Origin: a virus
Virus record (IMG/VR): IMGVR_UViG_3300045141_000199
Span: 25,774-89,773 of that record
Reading direction: 5' to 3' (one strand)
Length of the DNA stretch: 64,000 nt
A model generated the notes under the pieces. It was given only the letters and a program-made list of their open reading frames with translations. It was not told where the DNA came from and did no database searches. Position 1 is the first letter of the stretch. Every line of letters begins with the position of its first letter. Both the position numbers and the translations under genes were made by a program. Positions 10,301 through 17,490 of this stretch are shown here, in pieces.

Positions 10301-10610
10301 GACGATCCAAGGCGCTGAAAAAGATGTAACCACTGTGAAATATGCCGAAGCAAAAGAATTTGGTAACCAGCGCTACGAACTACTGAAAAACTTCGGTTCC
10401 AATTTTGCACCAATTGCTGTAGCTCCTGGAATATCTGCCGCCGCGTCCATTAGCGGCGCTCTTACCCCGACACGCTCTGGTACACTAAATAGTCAACCAC
10501 AAGTAGGGAAGACAGTGAATCTTGAAGTGAATAATCACTATCAGCAGCCACCAGCTAACCCGCATCATTGGAGCAAGGGCGTCGAGTGGGAGCTAGGAGC
10601 CATCATCTAA
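4395..10610 (+). CDS. tape measure protein with lytic transglycosylase (SLT-like) and M15 peptidase domains
   Basis: 2071 aa, Ala/Gly-rich and helical. SLT-like motif 'MAAIALAESKG...GLWQI...DPLTNARMA...GLGAWEVY' (~8115-8363); M15 motif 'SGYRS..EQ...SNHE...AVDV...EHFS' (~8622-8936). Confidence 0.92.
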   Translation: MPERLATGEVVINLRDEALIAGLDRAQAKYHATMAALDREEAKIRVDLDSKGFDDGIKKLRAEKKAIESELLSIHPDQSDSKKISALMKEDLRTLEAELKNLESQKLQNDRIIGARRELLQIDAFQANQSQKRFETDNKLLTDRLRLEKQQAAQRANEQRELYQLKLPGERAEEERRRREVTSDRDHAAALREAARLRDQFAKKTDEIEKRERTKTGFIDFLSREEKVKVDLDTGAARADLKLLEEEMKLKGIDIPAHIKVDERDIKDFFLNLPNKLKAATGSGFRVPLPFTSLRAPAGALAAAAPLLASVAGGITSLAGVTGAGALGAGAVGGGVLGGLVGNFAGIAAAIVPVKKEMEQLTKSTEKYEKAVKEYGKGSKQAVIAQAELNEVLRHTPKLLVEGQRQWEEVSDKFIKDTSGIRDALGRVISDAAKAGKELEPIAAKNSTATANILAAGFGRFSRNLSSPKEAEGLDQLGKSANDFLKPALEGVEGFTKALLHIGESAARLFGGPLGKWIQDLGQDFEKATKPGNKLDEKIRILGKDAQDVGKFFIAFGKVITTALGLAAPQGDKLANTMTGALTRWDSKLKDDQGRKGFQTFIRESDEALEKLGPVLEAVLKLFGSWAIGLLPAVKTVTEFFKGVTDVVNGLGKLLGLQSGVQSLGVLIGVLFAANKALAFAAALSKVYAIMKGMAALGAAGDLTGALQLPLATRAGGAAAKKAEEDAAKAVEQKGGGSLLAKLLAGGAGAAGGGIGIRGILAALGSSGAVVGGGLALGALGLQQVTHLGPKGIEFGADTGGSPPRHAGEELHKFHEASKLAAQGTGELTGQVLQSNLTFHQAELSVSRAREAIHLAKPGTVEYKEAILAYKSAVLQANEAERQRATIIREIKADSSAGVSAVRARKKVLEESIAASKNAFADPEKEDPTFNKREKERAEAAKELVELLNKQEVAILNIKRAYKNLEPITEPEGVNALGSLARKPGGQPLAQKIALQFPNPVDAVKVAKGALDAINRGTPMKVVVKAVGDTKSAHDALAQLASAAKTNTDKINDVVRNALKLTKKLFHDGAGNAVSAFMGGFQGFVGGYKGIWTGMENVTRTALKNINKVLLQELKVLNGGKVPTLAEGGPPLAPGVEKQLQSEKGHAAKGLIQYGRAGDKGGDNIATRMVVGSGEVGAVFTGHQQKVANEYLAPIGGLSGLFKNVNKPHYQMASGGLIHAATGYSESYGGRKFSKPELERLWDRAGGNPGQAHLMAAIALAESKGYSGASNTAGAHGLWQIKGNPFPGNEFDPLTNARMAVSKLKSQGLGAWEVYTNGSYRQYLDSKSAAAVGAAAGGPGGAGHPFKPIPKQKIPLHGLVGAVVTAGVERVRKAANKTLKKFANSLGGEGPGGLFSGPTPAGTSIPNTAWNPSHKPIANWIVPILRWAAAHGWRGSVSSGYRSFAEQAQINAEGKFSAAAGSSNHEFANYPGGAVDVSDDYGLERVLSRYPRSPKLIGHKLGAIDPEHFSATGKARGGLVKRPALLVGEHEHEWVINPHRADNHAYLKEAGEEMGYHVTPAKKGKPSFSKTFKAKGKIPDTSWANLRAIPAELIKKPLEEVEANLKAEKAAYHKLEVKRDKAIDALKDSKDSAARSLAKTLASGNETVQHARSRAGKAESKATEYYVAPGMPNPAKKTAEGAAEGVSSAERARDRKVRQAEASAKGKIGKAEKKLKEIEKGLKVTKDGGVFEHTQYIPWRVLERQQHKGREAVAALEAKEAQVTNLNKTIGSETHLLNILQGRYGHKGSDKKAIEGEWNKTFGVRQGNIEELKKIIKDSEGKAKSFEKLHPSAAIHAFLEGVAGELEGIEDKESEAEGQQEVFSEASKTKTEAPTGEQFAESQGMLASIKEAEERYALSQAAARPDDPNTPQNEELPYLKKELVPASDIKGLWEGALEQAQRLQEPVSTITELANTVTGARSTVFGLEQTIQGAEKDVTTVKYAEAKEFGNQRYELLKNFGSNFAPIAVAPGISAAASISGALTPTRSGTLNSQPQVGKTVNLEVNNHYQQPPANPHHWSKGVEWELGAII

Positions 10611-13600
10611 ATGGCCGTCAAACGTCATATAGTCCCGATCGTAGATGAATTTACCCGCGCTGATGGACCGCTGGGCGTCAACTGGACGGTTGTAAAAGGC
10701 TCACCGGCCGTAAGCTCTAATCAGCTCGGCCTCAAAAAAGGCGAAAAAACGATTGCCTACTGGAACGCGCAGAAACTTCCAAGTGGAGGGCATGAGTCGT
10801 TCTTCAGAATCCTCGCCGTACCAGGAGCAGGCGGAACCACCTTCCTACAGGGTGTCATGGTTCACTGGAACCCAGCAACCAAAAAGGGCTATGCCGGGCT
10901 GATCTATGGGGAATTCAATTGGGAGATTATCCGAATTGATTCCGAAACCGCCTTCACCATTTTGGCGAAAGGTTCGGCGGCCGCAAAATGGAAAGCTAAA
11001 GACCTGATTGGGCTAGAGTCCGTTGGCAGCGAACTAAGGCTATGGCGAGAAGGAGCTACTTCCAACGTACTCGTTGCGACTGTCAAAGACGAAACCGCTG
11101 GGCTCTTTAATGCTGAAGGGTATGCAGGAGTTTACGGCGAACCGGACGCCGTTGGAACCTACGCGCTGTTCGATGATTTCGGCGCGGGGATTCTCGTCAA
11201 TATCACAAAACCAGAAGACCAAAGTAACTCTACTGGCGAACCTGTAAACGTAAAAGTAAAATCTGAAGGCGCTACAGAATATGAAGCTACAGGATTGCCG
11301 CCAGGTATTAGCATTACAGGCGAAGGGCTAAACGGCTTTAACTTTACAGGTGAAGCTACCTCTGGCGCGGGCTCTCCCTACACAGTAAAAATTACAATCA
11401 AAGCTCCCAATCTCGGGACAGCCAAAACTGAATTCAAATGGACGATCGCAGCGCCAACGGCGCCATCGTGGTCTGCTAAACCAGCCGATAGGACCGACAC
11501 GGCTGGCGGCGGCCCGATTGCCTTTAATGTGGCCGCTACTTCAGGCACGAAACCAATTACATATACGATGGAAAACGCGCCTAGCGGCGTAGTCATCGAC
11601 GCTGAAGCTGGCGAAGAAGGAGAGATTTCTGGAACACCAGCGCCAACCGCAGTAAAAACAGTAACGATCAAAGCCACGAACGCTGCGGGCACTGCTTCTA
11701 CCACCTTCAAATGGACCGTAAACTCGGGGCCGCCGCCAGTAATTACTAAACCGGCGAATCAGAACACACGTCAGGGTAAATACGCAGAACTTGTCGTAGT
11801 GTCAGAAGAAGCCGTTAGTTTCACAGCTACAGGACTACCGCCGGGCCTTATTCTCAACACTAAAAACGGGGGCATTTCGGGGATTCCTGAAACTACGGTT
11901 GGCTCCCCTTTCACGATCAAACTAACGGCGACGAACCTAAGTGGCTCAGACACAAAGGAATTTACCTGGACGGTAAAACCTGCCCTACCGCCGTTGATTA
12001 CACCTATTGCGGATCAGACGGGCCATGAAGGCGATAGCGTAAGTATCCAAGTAGAAGCAGAAGAAACGTATCGTTACGAAGCAACCGGACTGCCGCCTGG
12101 TGTAGAAATTGATGAAGTTTCAGGATTGATTTCGGGAAAACTAGGCTTTGCTGGCGTCACAAATGTAGTAGTCAAAGTAACCGGCTATGGTGGAACCGAA
12201 ACTGAGCCTTTCAAATGGACAATCCTTGGTTCTACAATCGTGCCAAGTGGACCTCAGATTGGTGCCGTCTATACGCTGACTGGCCCGGACGGCACGCAGG
12301 CTGTGTTCAATGATTCCACTGACCCCAGCTTTGTTGGCTATATTAGCGAAGCTTCAGGACTTGATTCTCCTGAAGTCAGGGAAAATGCTGAAAATCTAAC
12401 CGGGCTCGACGGCGGTATCCATGGTAGCTTCTTCTACGGCCGCCGCCAGATCACACTCTCGGGGATTATCCCCAACGTACATTCCCCCAAAGATCGTAAC
12501 CAGAAAATGACAAAACTTCTGCATGCATGTAACGCGATGCGCGCGGACGCCACATTAGAATGGACCCCCGAAGGGGGAGAAGCACAATTTCTCAATGTAC
12601 GCCGAGCCCAGCCGGTTAGAATTACGGGCAATTGGGTGAAGGAATTCCAGGTTCCTTTGGTAGCGGCCGATCCACGCATTTATAGCACTCTGGTTCAGAC
12701 AGCCGCTACAACCGGCGAAACTCTTTCGGTCGAAAATCGAGGCGACCACAATACATACCCTGTGATCTCGATTGAAGGTGAACCTGCCGCAATGACGTTG
12801 GAAAACGAAACCACCAAAGAAAAATTCTCCTTCAACTTCCTAGGCAGCGCTTCTGCTAACAACTATTGGTATGGGCTGCAAAACGTGCAAGCTGTAATCG
12901 CCGGCACGGTCCTTGTCGCTGTTAGATTTATTCCGGTGTTCGGCAGCACGGCTCTAGTAGCTAGTGTAATTACTACAGAAAAAGCTACTCTCAAAGCCGA
13001 ATATGGAATAAATCCAGCCGCAGGAGAGGCTTTTGTAGCTCTATCGACTGCGGAGCTTACCTCGACAGAAGTGGTAATAGTTACAGCAAGCTCAAACGGT
13101 AAAGGACGATTCTGGTCCCTGAACATTACAAACGGCGCCACAAGCGAAATGTTCAGCTTTACAGGCTATCCCTTTGGAGCCGTAAAGGGCAGCGGAAGCT
13201 CTTACTTCTGGTCCGATCTTGTAACTAAATGTATTGGCCGTCGCCCGACAGCGGGAAGCCCCGAACCAAGCTGGACTAGCGTGGCAAAAACTCCTAGAGG
13301 GCTCGCAATACAGGGCGGCAATCTTTATTGGGGCTACTCGGGGGCTACTGGAATTGGCAAAATGACCGAAGCTGCCGGGTCTAAAAACGAAGCGTTCATC
13401 GCTACGACTTCTCCTGTTCTCGATGTCACGGCCGACTCCACCTACATTTACTGGACGATGGAAAACAACAAGATCGGCCGAGCGCTGCTTGCCGGCACAA
13501 GCGTCAACAACGAATACTCTGAAACTGCTCTGTTCCCTGCGCACATTACCAACAACGGATTACAAGTATATTGGGCCAATCAAAACTCATGGTCGATCGG

Positions 13601-13814
13601 CCGACTGCTTAAATACGGCAGCGCTTACACTCTAGACTTCGACTTCCGGAATAGGTCTGTAACCTCAGCTAGCGAGAACTTGTACCGCATAGTAAATGCT
13701 GCTTCTGAATGGTTCCCCTTGGAGCCAGGTGTCAATAACATCAAAATTACTTACGCTAACAAAGCAGGGGAAGCCGCCAAAACTACCTTTGAATGGCGAA
13801 ATGCGTGGATATAG
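10611..13814 (+). CDS. expanded distal tail (Dit-like) protein with Ig-like repeats and a beta-propeller insert
   Basis: Four 'ATGLPPG...G.ISG.P....F.WT' Ig-like repeats; Dit-like 'GLDSPEVR...GRRQITLSG' and C-terminal 'WFPLEPGVNNI...WRNAWI'; 'LYW/IYWT/VYW' propeller-like repeats. Confidence 0.75.
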   Translation: MAVKRHIVPIVDEFTRADGPLGVNWTVVKGSPAVSSNQLGLKKGEKTIAYWNAQKLPSGGHESFFRILAVPGAGGTTFLQGVMVHWNPATKKGYAGLIYGEFNWEIIRIDSETAFTILAKGSAAAKWKAKDLIGLESVGSELRLWREGATSNVLVATVKDETAGLFNAEGYAGVYGEPDAVGTYALFDDFGAGILVNITKPEDQSNSTGEPVNVKVKSEGATEYEATGLPPGISITGEGLNGFNFTGEATSGAGSPYTVKITIKAPNLGTAKTEFKWTIAAPTAPSWSAKPADRTDTAGGGPIAFNVAATSGTKPITYTMENAPSGVVIDAEAGEEGEISGTPAPTAVKTVTIKATNAAGTASTTFKWTVNSGPPPVITKPANQNTRQGKYAELVVVSEEAVSFTATGLPPGLILNTKNGGISGIPETTVGSPFTIKLTATNLSGSDTKEFTWTVKPALPPLITPIADQTGHEGDSVSIQVEAEETYRYEATGLPPGVEIDEVSGLISGKLGFAGVTNVVVKVTGYGGTETEPFKWTILGSTIVPSGPQIGAVYTLTGPDGTQAVFNDSTDPSFVGYISEASGLDSPEVRENAENLTGLDGGIHGSFFYGRRQITLSGIIPNVHSPKDRNQKMTKLLHACNAMRADATLEWTPEGGEAQFLNVRRAQPVRITGNWVKEFQVPLVAADPRIYSTLVQTAATTGETLSVENRGDHNTYPVISIEGEPAAMTLENETTKEKFSFNFLGSASANNYWYGLQNVQAVIAGTVLVAVRFIPVFGSTALVASVITTEKATLKAEYGINPAAGEAFVALSTAELTSTEVVIVTASSNGKGRFWSLNITNGATSEMFSFTGYPFGAVKGSGSSYFWSDLVTKCIGRRPTAGSPEPSWTSVAKTPRGLAIQGGNLYWGYSGATGIGKMTEAAGSKNEAFIATTSPVLDVTADSTYIYWTMENNKIGRALLAGTSVNNEYSETALFPAHITNNGLQVYWANQNSWSIGRLLKYGSAYTLDFDFRNRSVTSASENLYRIVNAASEWFPLEPGVNNIKITYANKAGEAAKTTFEWRNAWI

Positions 13815-14915
13815 ATGTTTGACTGGACGTGGCAAGTCACAGACCTTGCGTTTCACCCTGTAGGGGAAGTCAAAAACGCTAGGTCGATGAAACTCAATCT
13901 GGCCCTTAATAAGGTAAACACGGCTAGTTTCCAGATCAGGCTAGACGATCCACTAGGTGAACCTGTCATGGCAACCCTAGGATATCTAAAGATTTACTTC
14001 AACAAAGTGCTGATATTCTTCGGGCCGATAATCACTGCCACTGAAGTCGGCGAAGGTGACGTAGAGAACGCCAGTGTTCAAGTTAACGCCTCCGGTCCAG
14101 AATGGATTTTCGCTCAGCGCCTAGCGGCTCGAACCAAAGCGGCCGCGGTAAAAAGCGAACCAGCTCCCGAACTATCGGACATCTTCGCAGAATACATCGT
14201 GGCCTGCGACGCAGAAAACGACACTCACATCTGGTTCCCTTCCGAAGCTATATCGGGAGGTTCCACATTCGGGTACGAAACTCCTCTATACCGCCAGCCA
14301 TCTGAAATCCTCAATGACATGGTGAACACGACGGATGGTTTCGATTGGCGCGTTACCCCAATCGAGAACTACTTTGCAGGCGGCGTATCTAGCTCCAAGA
14401 TCGGTAAGTTCGAAGCGGCTAAGGTCTTGAACACGTTCCAGCCGGGAACCATCTTCGAGTGGGGCACTGGCCTGCATAACGTCACAGCCTATTCACGCGC
14501 GGTTGATCGTTCTACGTTGCTAAACCGCGCATATCACATCCTTAGCGAAGGCCCGGAAGTTGAACATGGCTTGATTACCTCTGATCCTACGTTAGGCAAA
14601 GAAAGCATCGAACGCTGGGGGTTACAAGAGGGAGTGATCTCTGCTTCGCTTCTAAACGAAAGCATGCGCCAAGAGCTTGTGAACGAGCATGTTACAGTGC
14701 GCCGCAACCCACGCCAGACAATTACCTTCCAACCTAACGCCGATCCTGTTACTCCTAGCCTTGGTCGTGATTTTAACCTTGGTGATTCAGTAACCGCTAG
14801 AATTGGTTACCAGGGCTCCCTACGTTATCAGTCTATGGTGAGGGTATGGGCGGCCGAATTCACGCTGGATGAGAACTTAAAGGAAACGCATACCCTAGTC
14901 CTATCGGACACATAA
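13815..14915 (+). CDS. minor tail protein (ReqiPepy6 gp37/Tal-like hub)
   Basis: Follows Dit; 'GFDWRVTP' and 'LGRDFNLGDSVT' motifs of actinophage minor tail proteins. Confidence 0.7.
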   Translation: MFDWTWQVTDLAFHPVGEVKNARSMKLNLALNKVNTASFQIRLDDPLGEPVMATLGYLKIYFNKVLIFFGPIITATEVGEGDVENASVQVNASGPEWIFAQRLAARTKAAAVKSEPAPELSDIFAEYIVACDAENDTHIWFPSEAISGGSTFGYETPLYRQPSEILNDMVNTTDGFDWRVTPIENYFAGGVSSSKIGKFEAAKVLNTFQPGTIFEWGTGLHNVTAYSRAVDRSTLLNRAYHILSEGPEVEHGLITSDPTLGKESIERWGLQEGVISASLLNESMRQELVNEHVTVRRNPRQTITFQPNADPVTPSLGRDFNLGDSVTARIGYQGSLRYQSMVRVWAAEFTLDENLKETHTLVLSDT

Positions 14916-15034
14916 TGGCACCACCAATCAGAGTCCCACAGCCAACTAATCCCCAGCAGGCCCTCGCCCAGCGTTTAGCTGAGATCGAAGCGCGCCTACG
15001 TGCGATCGAGACTGCACTCCGCGAAGTAACATAG
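14915..15034 (+). CDS. small coiled-coil protein (39 aa, not in ORF track)
   Basis: TAATG-coupled; MAPPIRVPQPTNPQQALAQRLAEIEARLRAIETALREVT fills the gap exactly. Confidence 0.55.
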   Translation: MAPPIRVPQPTNPQQALAQRLAEIEARLRAIETALREVT

Positions 15035-15038
15035 AGAT

Positions 15039-15689
15039 ATGGGTAACAAAGCAAAGCTGAAGATGTTAGAAGCTCGTCTTGCGTGGCACCGCGGTAAATA
15101 CAACTACCGCAAACGCAAGATGGAAGGCTGGCAGCAGTCCGAGAAACGCGGAGAATACTGGCTAGATCAGCACCGTAAAAAGCACAATGCTAAGGGGGCT
15201 GAGAGCGCTAACGCTAGTATCATACGTGCGCGAGCGGGGGTATACAAGTGGGGCAAGCTTGTTAGTGAAGAGGCTAAGGAAATCAACAAGCTCAAGCCTG
15301 CAATTGCCAAGCTCAAGCCAAAGCCGGTAAAAAAAGCTGAAGGCTTCTCAACTCCTAGAGCCCGTTGGAACCCCAGCGAACGCCCGATCGCCAACTGGAT
15401 CATCCCTGAATTAGAATGGGCGGCCGCCCATGGCTGGACTGGTTATGTAACGAGTGGTTATCGCTCTTATCAGAAGCAGAAAGAACTTTACGAACTCTAC
15501 CAGCGCGGAGGAAACATCGCAGCTAGGCCGGGGCAGTCTAACCATGAGGGTTACGAATTCCCTAAGGGAGCCGTTGATGTGACGAATTACAACCAGTTCA
15601 ACGCCGTGCTGTCGAAAAAGCCAGGCCACAAACTGCGCTGGGGTATCGTCATCGCAGATTACGTGCATTTCAGTGGTACCGGGCGCTAA
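15039..15689 (+). CDS. M15-family (VanY-like) peptidoglycan peptidase, putative endolysin
   Basis: 'VTSGYRSYQKQKELY...AARPGQSNHE...AVDV...DYVHFS' Zn-peptidase motif; basic helical N-terminus. Confidence 0.8.
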   Translation: MGNKAKLKMLEARLAWHRGKYNYRKRKMEGWQQSEKRGEYWLDQHRKKHNAKGAESANASIIRARAGVYKWGKLVSEEAKEINKLKPAIAKLKPKPVKKAEGFSTPRARWNPSERPIANWIIPELEWAAAHGWTGYVTSGYRSYQKQKELYELYQRGGNIAARPGQSNHEGYEFPKGAVDVTNYNQFNAVLSKKPGHKLRWGIVIADYVHFSGTGR

Positions 15690-16423
15690 TGTTTGAACCT
15701 AACGAACGTTATCGTTACGCTTATAAGATAGGCATGTCCGGAGCCGACGTTTGGTGCATCCAAGTAGCCTTAAACGCCGCGGCCGTATCTCCTCAGCTTG
15801 TAACCGATGGCTCTTTCGGCCCGCATACCAAAGTAGCGGTTGAGCAGGTTCAGACGCGCTTAGGGATCACGGTCGATGGCGTATGTGGGCCTGAAACTCA
15901 GCACAAGCTTTGCGCCCGCGAAGCCAGCATCATCCAGAAAGGACGTTGCCCTAAAGGCTTGCTGTTAGGCATCTGCGATGGCGAGTCAGGATCGATAATC
16001 CCTGCTACGTCCGGGCGCTACGGCAACGGCAGTCGCGACTATGGGCCTTACCAGGACAACAAAACTAACCCTAATGAAGCTGAATTGAAGGTAGCCTATG
16101 CCGTTAACCAGCAAACGCGCAAAACGGCTGACAAGATCAGCGGTATCTATGCGAAATATCGCACGATGCCCGGCGGATCGACCGACGAAAAAGCCTGGAG
16201 GCTAGCAGTTCTTTACCACAACTGGCCGGCCGCGGCCGAAAAGATCGCTAAAGGTGAAGGTAACACCTGGACATACCAGGCAGACGGTCGTAGTTACAAA
16301 ATGAGCGATCCAGCGCAATGGGTGAAAAACATCGGCGTCGCAGGGGTTTCCACCGGATGGCAGTGGGCGGAATTTTACATAGACTCAAAGGTGATTTACG
16401 TAAGTAGCTGGACTGTGGTATGA
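15689..16423 (+). CDS. endolysin: peptidoglycan-binding domain plus lysozyme/transglycosylase-like domain
   Basis: PG_binding_1 motif 'GADV..IQ..L...DGSFGPHT..AV...Q...GITVDGVCGPET'; 'ICDGESG...DYGPYQ'. Confidence 0.8.
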   Translation: MFEPNERYRYAYKIGMSGADVWCIQVALNAAAVSPQLVTDGSFGPHTKVAVEQVQTRLGITVDGVCGPETQHKLCAREASIIQKGRCPKGLLLGICDGESGSIIPATSGRYGNGSRDYGPYQDNKTNPNEAELKVAYAVNQQTRKTADKISGIYAKYRTMPGGSTDEKAWRLAVLYHNWPAAAEKIAKGEGNTWTYQADGRSYKMSDPAQWVKNIGVAGVSTGWQWAEFYIDSKVIYVSSWTVV

Positions 16424-16461
16424 TTTTACTAACTGCAAATTTCTAAGGAGTACACTCAATA

Positions 16462-16818
16462 ATGGCACCAGAAGAAAACACTCACACACTAGTACCGGAC
16501 GCTGAAGAGCTTCTTGCGGAAGGTAAAGGAGTTGCTGGTAAGCCCAGCCTCGCAGGGGTTGCAGGGTTAGCTAGTTCGGCTAAGGCTTTCTCGGCTACAC
16601 CTGACGTGCAGGAGTTAATCAAGGACGCATCGCCGCTCCTAAAAGAGACGAAGACGGGATACAAGACTACCGAGTTTTGGGGGGCAATCGCAGCAGTGAT
16701 CGCCGATCTCGGGACTGACATCTCTAGCAAAAACAAGCTCATCGTGTCAGGCATTGCGGCGCTTTACGCGCTAGCACGCGGCCTAGCAAAGTCGGGCGTA
16801 CCAACGTTTGAACGCTAA
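16462..16818 (+). CDS. putative holin
   Basis: 'KTGYKTTEFW' followed by two hydrophobic segments and 'ARGLAK'; follows the lysins. Confidence 0.65.
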   Translation: MAPEENTHTLVPDAEELLAEGKGVAGKPSLAGVAGLASSAKAFSATPDVQELIKDASPLLKETKTGYKTTEFWGAIAAVIADLGTDISSKNKLIVSGIAALYALARGLAKSGVPTFER

Positions 16819-17348
16819 TGCACGATGATATCGACGTAATCCTTGTTATCGAGGATGACGATGATTGCAGCGATTTCGCACGTTTGGCTAGAGGACTAAA
16901 GCATCTATCAAGGAAAGTAGACCGAATTATGACCGACCTAACAGACCTACGAAAGGCAGTAGCCGACGTACAGGCTACAGACACAGCAGCAGTTGAAGAG
17001 ATCACATCGCTAGCGGCTAAGGTAGAAGAACTTACCGCAGGCAATGTAACTCAGCCAGAAATCGACGCTATCGCATCTGACCTTGAGTCAGCAGCGACAG
17101 CATTAGCGGCCGCAGGGCCTAAACCACCGGCTCCGCCAGTGGAAGAACCTGCGCCTCCAGCGGAAGAACCAGCACCGCCCGCTGAAGAACCCGCGCCACC
17201 AGTTGAAACCCCAACTGAAACTCCAGCAGAACCTCCGGTTGAACCGCCAGTCGAAACTCCCGGTGAAGCGCCAGCTACACCGCCGACTGAAGGTCAGGTA
17301 CCTAGCGGCACGGTACCAGCCGACGAAGCTGGTGAACCTAGCGAATAA
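16818..17348 (+). CDS. coiled-coil plus Pro/Glu-rich hypothetical protein (lysis cassette)
   Basis: TAATG-coupled ORF with EEPAPPA x3 repeat (17142-17204); alternative start near 16929. Confidence 0.55.
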   Translation: MHDDIDVILVIEDDDDCSDFARLARGLKHLSRKVDRIMTDLTDLRKAVADVQATDTAAVEEITSLAAKVEELTAGNVTQPEIDAIASDLESAATALAAAGPKPPAPPVEEPAPPAEEPAPPAEEPAPPVETPTETPAEPPVEPPVETPGEAPATPPTEGQVPSGTVPADEAGEPSE

Positions 17349-17404
17349 GACTTTGTAAAGCTTCCTTGTCAAGTACGGCAGAAAGGAGGCGATCCATATC
17401 TCGG

Positions 17405-17432
17405 AGAAGGCCCGCTATTAGCGGGCCTTTTT
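17405..17432. terminator. bidirectional intrinsic terminator between convergent arms
   Basis: AGAAGGCCCGCT-ATT-AGCGGGCCTTTTT. Confidence 0.8.
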
Positions 17433-17490
17433 CGTGCGTCAATTATGATGCTTTAACGCCATTTAGCGCCCTAATGCATCATAAATGATG

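Noticed and set aside
4271-15668. Numerous minus-strand ORFs under the structural genes
   Set aside because: Antisense shadows of long, well-supported plus-strand genes.
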